DNA from: an uncultured virus (IMG/VR IMGVR_UViG_2609460245_000002)
Taxonomy: Duplodnaviria; Heunggongvirae; Uroviricota; Caudoviricetes
DNA length: 64,000 nucleotides
IMG/VR virus record: IMGVR_UViG_2609460245_000002
Span: 1-64,000 of that record
Reading direction: 5' to 3' (one strand)
Below are positions 40,541-51,277 of this stretch, piece by piece. The translations under genes were made by a program, and so were the position numbers. Each line of letters opens with the position of its first letter. The first letter of the stretch is position 1. The notes below the pieces were generated by a model that was not told where the DNA came from, did not search any database, and worked only from the letters and a program-made list of their open reading frames with translations.

Positions 40541-42901
40541 TGGGATTCCTTATAACTTGCCGAAGCTCTGGAGATTTCTTCCTCAAGAACGTTACTAACG
40601 ATCTCTCGTACTCGCTCTTGCGCTTCAGTTGTCATGACGTTACCCTGAGCATCGATACCAGAAACATTGAGGTTGAAACTAATGTCAATGGCACTCTTCT
40701 TGAGGGCACCCTCCATTTCGTTTCTAACTTGACCACGTTGCATCATATACCCAAACTGGTCTGGAGTCAAGGACTGGGTTGCACGGGTATGAGTCTCTGT
40801 CTGGATCGCGTCAATGTTCTGAGCTACTAGCCTGTCACCGATGAAGGTGGCCTTGTCTTTTGCATCTTCCGGATTGAACATAGCGTACATCGTGTCGATG
40901 TTCGACATTATAGTACTTCTGTCTCCTCCGGCTTCAGCAATCTTAGCGTCCCTGTACTTGCCGGCTATTGCGAATCTCTCTACAACACTGTTGAAGAACT
41001 CCATGATGGCAGCAAGTTCTCTCATCGTGCTGACCAGCATTTCATTGAACTCTAGACCTTTGAGCGCTTCAGCTAGCCCCGGGACAACAGAGAAGATACC
41101 GTCGAGATTGTTCTTCAGTTCACTGGATTCACTGGCTAGCTTTTCGAATGTCTCGGCAGCTTGTACGTTGTTGTTCAAGAAGTCCCCGAACACCGAATCA
41201 CCGCCTTCCAAGAAGACAATGAAGTCTTCCAGTGCCAACGCACCCCAGCTAATGGCAGAAACCAGTCGGCCCATAGGGGTTAGAAGTGCTAGAGTTTGAG
41301 CAGTCGTCAGCGTCAGTCCAGTTCCAGTCAAGTTGAACTGATTGGCAATTTTCTCCCATTGCGAACCTAGTTCCCCGCCAATTCCGACGAGAGCGTTGAC
41401 TGGACGCATAAGCGCTTCGAATCCACCACCTAGAGCGGTAACAAGTGGTAGGGCGTCTTGCATGCCTTGGGCAGCAATCTTGAAGAAGTCGCTCATTCCT
41501 CGGTCGAATCCTCCAGCCGCGAAGGCCTCGATAGTGCGGTTCCATCCGAACTGGAATCGGCCCTGCTGAGCGGCTGTACCTTGCATAGCCGCGTCCAGAG
41601 CGCCACCTTTACGAGCTTCTTCCGCTAGAGTTCTGGCGAATGGGATCAGAGCATCACTCTTAAGCTCCCCTTTCTCCATGGTTTTCATTAGCTCAGCGAT
41701 AGACATATCCTGAGACTTAGCCATCAGGCTACAGCCGCAGGGAATCGTTCGGCCAACTGACCTTTCAATTCTTCGGACATGATTTGTCCTTTACCCATCA
41801 TCTGTTCTACGGCACGGAAGGAGCCTTTCATGGCCTCGCCATCCAGACCCATCACTCGTCCATATTCAGCCATGGATTGGAAGATGCCATCAACCTGTGT
41901 TTGTCGAAGTTGGATGCTTGTCCGGCAGCCATCATCTTAACATAGGAGCTACCTATTGCTCTATCGTCAAGACCGAGACGCTGAGAGATATCGCGGAGGG
42001 TGGCTTGTAGCTCTTGACCACCCTGTACTCCACCACCGACAGCTTGCATGGCCAGACGTTGACCTTGCAGTTCTTGGTTAGCACGGTTAAGCTGCATAAT
42101 AGCGAACGCACCACCAAGGCCGGGAATAAACCCGCGTCCCCACCCGGCTAGCTCGCTACCAATCCCCATTCCCATACCTTGACGGATATGGCCGGCAGTA
42201 CCTCTCGATCCACCTGCACCACCTCCTCGGATGGAAGACTCTAGGTCAATGCGGATTCTCACTTCGCGTCTGATTTGCTCAAGAACATCTTGAATCTCTC
42301 TACGAAGATGGGCACGGTCTACAGACAGCCTAATTTGAGGCGTAGCGACAGCAAGACCGTTTAGCCTACCCTGCACATCCCTTAGTGTGTTTCGTGCATT
42401 CTGGAGCAATTTAGAGCGGCTAATGTCTGCATTCAGATGAATTTTAAAACGACTCTCTGTGCGCTTCTTCCATTCATACAGCGTACGGCTAGCCTGAGCC
42501 AAGCCCAGTTCAACCGGTAGATCGACCTTGGTCTGGCCGAGAGCCGTCTTTACGAAGTTTTTCTGATCTCGGATACCGCTAAGGTCTAGCCTAACAGACT
42601 TCAACCTGATCGGCGTTGCATTCAGTCTTTCTTGAAGCTTCTCAGAGATAAGACGAACAGCGGCAGCATCTACCGCGATGTTCTTCAAGACTACCCTTTG
42701 AGTGGCTGCCTTGGCAAGCTCCTCTCTCAGAGTTTTTGTATCTAGAGTTAGCTTAACTCCAAACCGCTTGTTCGTCAGCTTGGAGAATTCTCTTAGCCGG
42801 GCTTCGACCCCAGCGAGCTTCTTGTCAAAAGCAGTGAGAGGCCGGGAATCGACTGTAAATTTAAGTTCCCCAGTTAGCTGGGCAATCCTTTCTGTAATCA
42901 T
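40537..42901 (-). CDS. Tape measure protein, frameshifted between about 41730 and 41900
   Basis: Long Ala/Gly-rich helical ORFs; QMMGKGQIMSEELKGQL motif in the gap. Confidence 0.85.
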
Positions 42902-43200
42902 TTCTTATCAGCCTCTGCGTGTTCTTTTGCCACTTGAGTGATAGTATCGTGAACGTCTATAACCTCAAGGATGTTGTACAAATCTTCTGTAGTGAGGACT
43001 GTACTCAGTTCCCCATACGTCGTTAGCTTGAGAGGGTGAGTGATAGCCACATAAATCTCCCAATGCTGCGAGAACTTCTGGTGGGCCTCCCTAACCCTCC
43101 GATCACTCTGAACTCGATCAGTAGTGACTGAAGTCTCGGACTGCCCATCCCCGGTCTTTATACCGTCGGTGCCTCTGCGAAACCGATTAGAGAAAAAACC
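42898..43200 (-). CDS. Tail assembly chaperone -1 frameshift extension (gpGT-like)
   Basis: Open -1 frame from GGTTTTTTC to a TGA overlapping the TMP ATG; no ATG of its own. Confidence 0.7.
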   Translation of the reverse strand, partial: GFFSNRFRRGTDGIKTGDGQSETSVTTDRVQSDRRVREAHQKFSQHWEIYVAITHPLKLTTYGELSTVLTTEDLYNILEVIDVHDTITQVAKEHAEADKK

Positions 43201-43529
43201 GAGCCGAAGTTGAACTCGATCACGTCTTTTGTGAGTGCGTACAGCAGGTCATACTTGCCAGCGAATTCGGTGTCGAAATTGATTGCCATCGAACCTTTGA
43301 AAACTGTCAGCATCAGATTCTGGATCAAATTCTCAACAGGAACCTTGTCGATGTTATCGAACAGTTCTTTCATGGCTCCAGAGAAGTCGTGGTCAGCTTG
43401 ATACTTGGCAAGGGATGGACCCAGCAAGCTGGTTAGCTGCTTCAGTACGCTGATACCGCGAGTTGCTGGCAGAAGGTTGATAGTGTATTCTGTCCCATTG
43501 TGGATGACAGTACGTTGGTTTCCGAACAT
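43158..43529 (-). CDS. Tail assembly chaperone (gpG-like)
   Basis: 123 aa, upstream of TMP, slippery T6 near the end. Confidence 0.75.
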   Translation of the reverse strand: MFGNQRTVIHNGTEYTINLLPATRGISVLKQLTSLLGPSLAKYQADHDFSGAMKELFDNIDKVPVENLIQNLMLTVFKGSMAINFDTEFAGKYDLLYALTKDVIEFNFGSVFSLIGFAEAPTV

Positions 43530-43542
43530 AAATACTCCTTAT

Positions 43543-44022
43543 TTATCTGAGGTAGCTAAGAGCGCCTTGAACAGTTCCAAACACGTCGAAGCCGACTTGC
43601 TGGTTTCCGCCTACCGTGCCATCGGTCCAGTCCAGAACATCAATAGTCCAGACCCTGTTCTCGATTCCATCGGTGAATGTTATGCTAGGGTAGCCATTGA
43701 CATAAGCGTTGTCTGTGCTCATCATGGTGCTACCGTGGGTATCCTTGACAGACAAGGTGATTCGGGCGGATTGTGTTCTTCGGTCTTGCTCTACTAGCGA
43801 GAAGAATGCATCATTAGACACCGAAGTCTGAAGAACCTCGATTCTAATCTGCGCAGAAAGGTCTCTATTGAAGACCCGGGTGTGGTGCCCTCTGATTCCT
43901 CGAACCATTGTGTAGGGTCTCGAAAGCCAAGACATTTCGAAAGAAACTACACCAGTGAGAGCATACCCACAAAGGACAATTTTAACATCAGATGGGCTAT
44001 ATGTCAATACCGTGTTAGCCAT
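43543..44022 (-). CDS. Tail tube-like structural protein
   Basis: TYSP.DV and LQTS.SND paralog of the tube protein. Confidence 0.7.
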   Translation of the reverse strand: MANTVLTYSPSDVKIVLCGYALTGVVSFEMSWLSRPYTMVRGIRGHHTRVFNRDLSAQIRIEVLQTSVSNDAFFSLVEQDRRTQSARITLSVKDTHGSTMMSTDNAYVNGYPSITFTDGIENRVWTIDVLDWTDGTVGGNQQVGFDVFGTVQGALSYLR

Positions 44023-44521
44023 TAGAAGCCTCCGAATTGCGTAAGGCTGGCAGAAGAGAGCTTCCCAGCAGGATAGCTTGCTCGACCAAACTTTGATCGA
44101 CGTTTCCGCCAATGTTCATGGCGACCTCAGAGCACCCTAGAATCCAAGTGCGGGTCTCCAGTTGTCCAGAGAAAGATACCCTAGGTAGGTCTTCCACCCA
44201 TGCTGTCAGAGCTAGGAAGCTTGTAGAACCCTTCGTGTCCTTAATCATCAGTGGGAATTTTCCCATTCGGGTTGCAATGTCCACGTTGTAAAGCATCGAA
44301 AGGATATCATTGGTCGGCGAGGATTGCATGATTGTCAACTCTACTCGCCAGCCTTGGTCTTTGTTGTAGACCCTTGCGATTTCACCATCCATCGAACCGT
44401 GCTTGATGAAAGGCTTAATATCTTTTACAATTCTGATAAACTCTCCCTCTGCGTACCCTGTCACGGAATGGATACCAGCGAGAGTTACAACCACGTCACG
44501 CGGCGAGTAGGTGGTAATCAA
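44015..44521 (-). CDS. Tail tube-like structural protein
   Basis: TYSPRDV and QSSPTND paralog of the tube protein. Confidence 0.7.
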   Translation of the reverse strand: MITTYSPRDVVVTLAGIHSVTGYAEGEFIRIVKDIKPFIKHGSMDGEIARVYNKDQGWRVELTIMQSSPTNDILSMLYNVDIATRMGKFPLMIKDTKGSTSFLALTAWVEDLPRVSFSGQLETRTWILGCSEVAMNIGGNVDQSLVEQAILLGSSLLPALRNSEASNG

Positions 44522-44542
44522 TTTCTATCCTCCAGAAACAAC

Positions 44543-44571
44543 AAAGGGAGCCACCCGTTAAGGCAGCTCCC
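44543..44571 (-). terminator. Terminator after the tail tube gene
   Basis: GGGAGC...GCTCCC followed by TTTGTTGTTT. Confidence 0.6.
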
Positions 44572-44595
44572 CGTCGATGTGGCATAAGCGCTATA

Positions 44596-45120
44596 TTACA
44601 GCCAGCGCTGGTCTAGTGTGACACCTAGGTTACGAAGAGTATCCGCATCACCCGGGCTCAGCTTGGCGTTACCGCCGATTAGAGTTTGCAGGTTGTGTGC
44701 ATGAATAACCCAATCGCGTGTCTGCATGCTGTTCGAGAAGTTAGAACCCGGAACAACACCGACATAGGCGTCATCACTGAAGTAGTCGGAACGACCAGAG
44801 TTGTCTTTAACGTGGATTGTGAACAATCCCTCAGACGAACGACGGGCGTCGTCGTAGTTGTAAAGAGCAGTCAGGAAGTCGTTCGAAGGCGAAGTTTGTT
44901 GAAGGCTAACAGTGAGGGTAGCAGACTTAGAGGCGTTGTAGACGCGAGTCGATGTGTTGTCGGCTCCGGTATACATCACGTAAGTGTCAGCGTTTCTTTC
45001 AATGTTAACGATACTGTCTTCGCTGAATCCGCCGAGAACCATGCTCTCACCAGTTGCAGGGTGAGTGATAACAATGGTAACATCGGCTGGAGAGAATGTA
45101 GCTAGACGTTGAACAGCCAT
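44596..45120 (-). CDS. Major tail tube protein
   Basis: Follows the sheath; TFSPADV and QTSPSND. Confidence 0.8.
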   Translation of the reverse strand: MAVQRLATFSPADVTIVITHPATGESMVLGGFSEDSIVNIERNADTYVMYTGADNTSTRVYNASKSATLTVSLQQTSPSNDFLTALYNYDDARRSSEGLFTIHVKDNSGRSDYFSDDAYVGVVPGSNFSNSMQTRDWVIHAHNLQTLIGGNAKLSPGDADTLRNLGVTLDQRWL

Positions 45121-45150
45121 TTAGTAGTCTCCTTATGGGAAGGACCGTCC

Positions 45151-46437
45151 TTAGACGGTCACAGTTCCACGAATGTGTACGAAGTGAATGGCACCGGCCA
45201 GACGGGCTTCAAATTCAATGCCTTCAAAGATACGCTGTGCTCTCATGTTCGGAGACATGGATAGAACATCAGGTACGAAGACTTTAGGAGCCGGAGCTTC
45301 AGCCAGACCACCAACACGAATTCCTTCGTTAAGCTGGGCTCTGATTTCCGATTCCAGAATTGTTGCACCAACGGCGTCGTAAGGGATTTTCTTGGAGTTA
45401 GCCATACGGAACCACAGACGCTCGGTCATGCGGGCTTCCAGCCAGTCCACGAAAATCATTACGTCGATCCATTCACCACCGGCCATAGCGCCACCGAATG
45501 TACGGTTGACACCACCAACGCGCTCGAACGTGGTAACGTTCTTGTTCTTCAGGTTGGTAGACTCGGTTGGGGTTAGACGGTAAGCATCTACGGCAGCTAG
45601 AGCTTTATGGGTCCATGTGTTGCTACCCGGTTGCTCTTGCAGTTGGTATCCTACCCAAGCACACTCAGGGAATTGAGCGTCAGCGTTTGGATGGTACATC
45701 AGTGCCGTACGTTGGAACCCACCAGCGACTAGACGCGAAGCAATGTCGTTGTCTGCGGAAGTTTTGGTATTAGCCTGAGCAGTAGCCCCGACAAACACTT
45801 TCTTGGTCCCTTCGATATGAGTAGCTACTGCCATGATATCATCGTCAGCGTGGCTGTCAATGCTCAGTGCATACCATTCGTCGTTTTCTCCCTGAACAGC
45901 AGTGATAGTTGCCGGCCAGCCTTCAGTAGAAGGAGCAGCGGCCATTGTCAGGTTAGAAGAAACTTTCAGGCTCCAGTCTTCGTTCGAAGCGACAGTCAGA
46001 GTTCCGTCTTCGTTGTCAGTTACGGTAACGCCAACAACAGGGGTAACATCATATGCAGCTTTTAGGCCAGTTGCAATCAGGGTGGCAGTGTCGTCTTGCT
46101 GGCTAACATAGCTGACAGGTAGTCCGTTAACGGTAAGGACGTAGCTTTGTCCTTCCTGAACAACACTGACAGAGACGGTAGCAGAAGGAACTTGTCTGCG
46201 TCCGATAACTAGACTGCGAGGCTTGAGAGCTTGACCGAAGTAGCGAACAGCGGCAAGATATGTTGGATCGGATTCTCCGAAGTCTTCAGCGACACCTTTC
46301 AGGCTGTTGTAGACTCTGGCACGTTCCGAGAAGTTTGTGTGAGAAGCGATGAACAGAGGAACGTTGAAGTTTGTCTGTGCGACAGCAGCAGTCTCACGGC
46401 TGATCTGAATGTCAATTACATCAGTAAGAACAGTCAT
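45151..46437 (-). CDS. Tail sheath protein (DUF3383-like)
   Basis: GEWID....DWL, KIPY...G, LAGAIH. Confidence 0.88.
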   Translation of the reverse strand: MTVLTDVIDIQISRETAAVAQTNFNVPLFIASHTNFSERARVYNSLKGVAEDFGESDPTYLAAVRYFGQALKPRSLVIGRRQVPSATVSVSVVQEGQSYVLTVNGLPVSYVSQQDDTATLIATGLKAAYDVTPVVGVTVTDNEDGTLTVASNEDWSLKVSSNLTMAAAPSTEGWPATITAVQGENDEWYALSIDSHADDDIMAVATHIEGTKKVFVGATAQANTKTSADNDIASRLVAGGFQRTALMYHPNADAQFPECAWVGYQLQEQPGSNTWTHKALAAVDAYRLTPTESTNLKNKNVTTFERVGGVNRTFGGAMAGGEWIDVMIFVDWLEARMTERLWFRMANSKKIPYDAVGATILESEIRAQLNEGIRVGGLAEAPAPKVFVPDVLSMSPNMRAQRIFEGIEFEARLAGAIHFVHIRGTVTV

Positions 46438-46449
46438 TCCTGTCTCCTA

Positions 46450-47014
46450 TTAGTGTTCGAAGTTTATGTCGATGTGGGACTCAATAATGTGACCCGGGCG
46501 ACCAGCGTCGTAATAAAACGCCGTGAATATCAGCCCCAGCAGCAAACTCTTGAGTTGTGGTTTCTATCACAGAGAATCCAAATTCACATGTAACTTGATA
46601 GAACATGTACATATCTGTTTCTCTTAGCATAGGAACTCGTCTTGTGCTAGGGAGTTTGAAAAGGGATAGATTAAACTTTCTTTGGGCGGCGTGTCCTGCT
46701 GGAGTACGCATTGCCCGAGTAATCGCCATTGCCATGTCAGAGACACTTGCTGTCTCTCCATACTTGCCAATCAGTTCGAATACGACTTTGGCTGCGAAGT
46801 CCTGTTGAACTTGAATAGTTCCATGCGAAGGACTAATGGGATCGCTCATATTGGAGACATTTTCCCTTCCCAGTTCATCCAGCCTCTTAATGTCGATAGC
46901 CAGATAAGGGGTTTGCGGTTCCTGATTATTCGTGTAAGCTTGAATTACACGCCAGTCGGGGAACAACTCTTTGACCATAAGATAGAGGGAGTTTTCTAGC
47001 TCTGTGTGGATCAT
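46450..47014 (-). CDS. Tail terminator / completion protein, 3' frameshift
   Basis: Position before the sheath; EPQTPY. Confidence 0.65.
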
Positions 47015-47391
47015 GCTGTGCTATTCCTCTCTACTCTCATACAAATTGCTTTGTAATGGTTTAGGATTCCCATCGAATAGTTGATGACTTTCATAACTTC
47101 ATACAACTCCCCTTCCCACATGAATCTATCGGCACTCCACCCTCCCGGGCCTTCCTTTAACTGGCGAATCTCTTCGCCTCTGGAGTACACCTTGAAGCAA
47201 GCCTTGCTTCTGTCGGCCTCTGGAAGGATACGAGTGTCTGTCGATTTTTCGATAGGTTGAACGTTAGCTGTGATTGTTACTACTGTCTCAACTGGAGGGG
47301 TAGGTCTTCCAAAACCGTCGTCTCCGGGCTGCCCTCTTCTAATCAAATCTAGCTTGACAAAGTTGGTCATGGAGAAGGTAGGATAGAGCAT
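47011..47391 (-). CDS. Head closure protein
   Basis: ANVQP, ADRF.W.G..YEV, HYKA. Confidence 0.7.
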   Translation of the reverse strand: MLYPTFSMTNFVKLDLIRRGQPGDDGFGRPTPPVETVVTITANVQPIEKSTDTRILPEADRSKACFKVYSRGEEIRQLKEGPGGWSADRFMWEGELYEVMKVINYSMGILNHYKAICMRVERNSTA

Positions 47392-47861
47392 TATTGCCTC
47401 CGATGGATTTGGAACTTGACAGACTCAAGCATCTTTCCAGTATGGAATAGAGGATCGTTAAATCCTTTGTAAGCTGCCCATGCCGGACTGTTAGAGCCCG
47501 GATAGTCGTCAATGTTAACTTGCATCTGCTCTGCAACCATTTTACCCAATTTCTTCAGAAGAGTATTCGTCTGCCTTCCATCGCGTAGGACGTTCTCGAA
47601 CGTGGACTTCATTAGTCTTGCGTAGTGGAATTGAGATGTGAATTCTTCAAAGGTTGGAGCCATGAATGGCCGGGTTGGGTTGCGAGTAGTACCGAATTCG
47701 TTGTAAGCTGCAACTTGTGCAACTGGTAGGTTTCCATTTTCAGAACCATATCGGTCCTCGGGGAAGAAACCAACTTCTACCGTTGTTCCGTCTAGAGCCT
47801 CCACCCTCTTAATCAAGGATGTGAGGCGACGGCGATCTGTTTTAAAACTGAAGCTTGCCAA
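47391..47861 (-). CDS. Neck / tail completion protein
   Basis: VA.VAAYNEFGT...P.RPFM and PL..TG.M; probable TTG start. Confidence 0.7.
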   Translation of the reverse strand: MASFSFKTDRRRLTSLIKRVEALDGTTVEVGFFPEDRYGSENGNLPVAQVAAYNEFGTTRNPTRPFMAPTFEEFTSQFHYARLMKSTFENVLRDGRQTNTLLKKLGKMVAEQMQVNIDDYPGSNSPAWAAYKGFNDPLFHTGKMLESVKFQIHRRQ

Positions 47862-48318
47862 GATAATCACACCCCATGCTAAGGTCTTGAGGACCGGGGT
47901 TGCACTGGTTGTAAAGCTTCTCCCGTCTTGCAAAACCGATGTAGAATTCCCGTGTTACGTTGTCGGGGTCTAGGTCATTAGCCAGCATATCCGATTTGGA
48001 GATACCGCCAGCATATGGCACGGCCAAAGAAATTGCAATATTCGGGTCTTTGAGAATGAGCTGAAGAGCTTTCAAGTAGTTGTTGAAATACTCAGCACCA
48101 TATACTTCGATATCACCTGTGCGTTCTCTCATTCCCCTTGTCAGGCGGAAGAGCATCATACGCATAAGTTCAAGTGCGGCTCGTCTTTCGTTGCCTTCGT
48201 TCTTGTCCAACACCCATTGATAGGTTTCGTCGGAAAGCATCGGAGGCTCCCACACGTCCCCTACAATCTCTCGTAGACGGTCGATAGGGTTGTTTGCTGG
48301 ATCACCAGTGTAAGCCAT
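47842..48318 (-). CDS. Head-tail adaptor
   Basis: R...GD....LSDE motif directly after the capsid gene. Confidence 0.7.
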   Translation of the reverse strand: MAYTGDPANNPIDRLREIVGDVWEPPMLSDETYQWVLDKNEGNERRAALELMRMMLFRLTRGMRERTGDIEVYGAEYFNNYLKALQLILKDPNIAISLAVPYAGGISKSDMLANDLDPDNVTREFYIGFARREKLYNQCNPGPQDLSMGCDYLGKLQF

Positions 48319-48338
48319 TTTGGTACCCTCCTACGACG

Positions 48339-48360
48339 AAAGGGAGGCCGAAGCCTCCCT
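48339..48360 (-). terminator. UUCG-loop terminator after the capsid gene
   Basis: AGGGAGGC-TTCG-GCCTCCCT-TT. Confidence 0.75.
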
Positions 48361-48367
48361 GAAGTCT

Positions 48368-49402
48368 TTACGCATTCACAGTGCCGCGAACGATCATCTG
48401 TGGACGACGCAGAACGTGGATGAAGTTGGACTCGGTTTCGATCAGGATCGAACGACGGTCTTCAGCCATACGCTCGGTAGCGTACAGTTCTTTACCCAGA
48501 GTTCCTAGGTCATCGAAAGTGCTGCCCGGGCCGAAGTAACGAGCGAACAGGTCACCGCTGTCGGTTGGGATGAAGTAAGCATCGCCAGCCGGGATCAGAC
48601 GGTTGCCGTACGGGTCAACGCCACGGTATTCGATGAAGTGAATGTTTCCGAAGTAGAACTCACGGAAGCGAAGGTCCAGACCGCGAGCGGTTAGACGTTC
48701 ACGCCAGTATTGAGGACTAGCTTGGTAAGCTTTGTAGAACTCTTTGATGCTCGGATGGTTAATCAGGGCAGTGAAGAACTCAGGAGAGCACAGGGCAACG
48801 AAGTCACCACGGATCAGACCGTCTTGGCTGTTGTCTTGCATATGGACGAAGATTTCTTCGGTCTTGCCCATAACGTCAGCGGTAGGGTTGGTCAGGTCGA
48901 AGCCGACAACCTTACGAGTTTTACCCATCAGGTCGTACCAGTCGTACTCGATGGTTCCGGCTGGGGCGTAGCTCTTACCGGTTACGATAGCGCTAACGGA
49001 AGCAACTTCAGCGGTGTTAGCCCAGTTGCGACGGATGGTTTCCAGCTTACGAGCACGAACCTCGTTCAGAGTTTCTTCGCGGTCAGCACCGAAAGCGCGC
49101 TTGCCTTGAATGTCTTCTGGAGTGATGTAGTCGTCTTGGTTGAAGTGCGGAATCGCGAAGGCACGCAGTTGACGACGTTGGTCGCTAGCAACTTGGTGAC
49201 GAGTTCCACGGATGGCATCCTTAACCAGACCGTAGCGAGTTTCGATCTCTTCGAACTGGACAGTGTTCTGAGTCACACCTTCACTTGTGAAGACGCCCAT
49301 GTTCTCGACGAGGGTCCAAGTGTTCGGGATGATAAGCAGGTTTTCAGTCTGGTCGGCAATGTAGAACTGACCATCGTTTAGGTAGGAACGGGTGTTAGCC
49401 AT
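48368..49402 (-). CDS. Major capsid protein (lambda gpE-like)
   Basis: 344 aa; IPHF...D.I..EDIQG.RAFG; highly biased codons. Confidence 0.88.
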   Translation of the reverse strand: MANTRSYLNDGQFYIADQTENLLIIPNTWTLVENMGVFTSEGVTQNTVQFEEIETRYGLVKDAIRGTRHQVASDQRRQLRAFAIPHFNQDDYITPEDIQGKRAFGADREETLNEVRARKLETIRRNWANTAEVASVSAIVTGKSYAPAGTIEYDWYDLMGKTRKVVGFDLTNPTADVMGKTEEIFVHMQDNSQDGLIRGDFVALCSPEFFTALINHPSIKEFYKAYQASPQYWRERLTARGLDLRFREFYFGNIHFIEYRGVDPYGNRLIPAGDAYFIPTDSGDLFARYFGPGSTFDDLGTLGKELYATERMAEDRRSILIETESNFIHVLRRPQMIVRGTVNA

Positions 49403-49445
49403 TTTAAAGTTACTCCTAGTGTTTATTTACTGGAACGACCCTCGC

Positions 49446-49856
49446 TTACGCGAAGGTGACGTTCTCGAATGCGCCTTCGATCTGGTCAACGGCGAAGATG
49501 TTCTTGGCTTTGAAAGCTTCAAAGACGGTAGCTTTATCAGCGTCGTCAACGTCAGCACCGAAGATAACAGCCTTGGAGCCGATCTTGGCAAAACCGCGAG
49601 CAAGGACGACAGCGTGGCTCATCTGAGCGTTGGCATAGTCGTGCAGGTCGGTCATTAGGATGTAGGTAGCGTCGGCGATAGTAGCCTTAGTTACCAGCTT
49701 GCCAGTGCTGTCTAGGACAGAACCAGTTGTTTTAACATCAATGTCAGCGACAGGCAGAGTTTCGCGAGTGTAGAACAGGCCACGGTGGCCCATTTGTTCT
49801 TCTTTCAGCCAGTTGCTAAGACGCTGATGATCTTTTGCGATAATGTTTTGAGCCAT
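49446..49856 (-). CDS. Head decoration protein
   Basis: 136 aa directly before the capsid gene; VVLARG.A. Confidence 0.7.
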   Translation of the reverse strand: MAQNIIAKDHQRLSNWLKEEQMGHRGLFYTRETLPVADIDVKTTGSVLDSTGKLVTKATIADATYILMTDLHDYANAQMSHAVVLARGFAKIGSKAVIFGADVDDADKATVFEAFKAKNIFAVDQIEGAFENVTFA

Positions 49857-49883
49857 TTGGAATTCCTCTAGATTGGCTAGATA

Positions 49884-50801
49884 TTACTTGGAGCCGTGGC
49901 GAGCTTTCAGGATAGCGGCAACACCGGCGACAACAGAGTCGTCTTCTTCCCCAGCGCCCGATACACCTTTCTCGACAAGCATGTCATTTTGGTCAGCAGC
50001 AGCTTTAAGAATGCGGAGCGTTCCTACTGTTTGTGCAAAAGCTTGATCGTCCAGAACTTCCAGAGACTTGAAAGTATCTTCTACTTGGTCAGCCGGGAGG
50101 ACTTCAGCCAGTTGCTCTTTACGGGCTTTGGTGATAGCAGCGGTTTTCTCTGCCTCAGCAGCCTTGACAATTTCACGAAGAGCTGTAAGCTCTACATTAG
50201 CGGCGTCTAGTTGCTTCTGAACTTCTGCAACAGCAGCGACACCAGCAGCTTTTTCAACTGCAACAGCGTCAGCTAGAGCTTCTAGGTGGGCCGATTTCAG
50301 GATAGTTTCCATGTTGGTAATCTCCTTGGATGGATTTTCATTGGATTGCTCGGAGACTACCTCCAGAGCCTTTTCAAGCAGTTCCTGATCCTGTTTAAGG
50401 GAAAGGGTCTGCTCAGGGGTAAGCTCGGAGAGAGCTTGATTCAGGTCAGCCGATTTATAAACCGACTTAAGAATGGACATAGACTCGACCCGCTGGTCGA
50501 TCCAGTCTTTGTGATCTAGTTCTGGATACTCCGTTCTGCCATATCCCATGGCAACAGAGAGAACTTCGGCATCGTCATAATACATCCCGAAGAACTTACG
50601 AAGGAACTCAGGGAACTGCATTGTGACTGTAACTTCAGCAGCTTTATCGATAAGCTCTTCAGTTACGCCATTGGTAGCTTTTGTGATAAGAGTAGTGTGC
50701 CCGTTGGCTGCACCACCTTGAAGCTTACTGACCAGAGCGACGTGAGCACCTTCGTGTTCAAACTTGATATCGGTCAGTTTACGTTTTGCTTTTACGGTCA
50801 T
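49884..50801 (-). CDS. Capsid scaffold / maturation protein
   Basis: HVALV...AN N-terminus plus Ala/Glu coiled coil. Confidence 0.65.
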   Translation of the reverse strand: MTVKAKRKLTDIKFEHEGAHVALVSKLQGGAANGHTTLITKATNGVTEELIDKAAEVTVTMQFPEFLRKFFGMYYDDAEVLSVAMGYGRTEYPELDHKDWIDQRVESMSILKSVYKSADLNQALSELTPEQTLSLKQDQELLEKALEVVSEQSNENPSKEITNMETILKSAHLEALADAVAVEKAAGVAAVAEVQKQLDAANVELTALREIVKAAEAEKTAAITKARKEQLAEVLPADQVEDTFKSLEVLDDQAFAQTVGTLRILKAAADQNDMLVEKGVSGAGEEDDSVVAGVAAILKARHGSK

Positions 50802-51268
50802 TCGATATCCTCGACTGTAGCTCTGGCACCGATAGAGACGCCTGTGAATTCACCAGATTTAACGCCTTCCCATAGCGTATCAGCTACTTCAGAGCCTTCA
50901 GGGAAGTGCCACCACTGGAGCCATGTACCTTTCTTGATCTCTCTTCCGTCGTCAGTTGTGAATGCGGACGGAGCGATGAAGGACTGGACAATCTCAGCTT
51001 CCTGTGTTTCAATCTTGTGGAAGATGTTAGCTACGTTGCAATGAGTATTGAAGTTGATGCAAGCTTTCTCTACTTCCTCTTCGGAGTAGGTGTCTGCGTG
51101 TAGGTCAGTCGTGGAGTCGCCTTCTTGGGGCTCAAGAACGACAAACAAAGCCATCCTCTTTTCATTGTCTAGGGACTTTGTGACCTCTACAGCCGGGGCT
51201 TCTTCCGCTTTGGCGGGAGCCCCGAAAGCATTGCTGAGAGCTTCAATAACACTTTCAAGAGTCAGCAT
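50798..51268 (-). CDS. Putative prohead protease (XkdF-like)
   Basis: D.H.D, H, SFIAP, KGTW, W..VK.GE.TG.SIG. Confidence 0.7.
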   Translation of the reverse strand: MLTLESVIEALSNAFGAPAKAEEAPAVEVTKSLDNEKRMALFVVLEPQEGDSTTDLHADTYSEEEVEKACINFNTHCNVANIFHKIETQEAEIVQSFIAPSAFTTDDGREIKKGTWLQWWHFPEGSEVADTLWEGVKSGEFTGVSIGARATVEDIE

Positions 51269-51277
51269 TCTGTCTCC

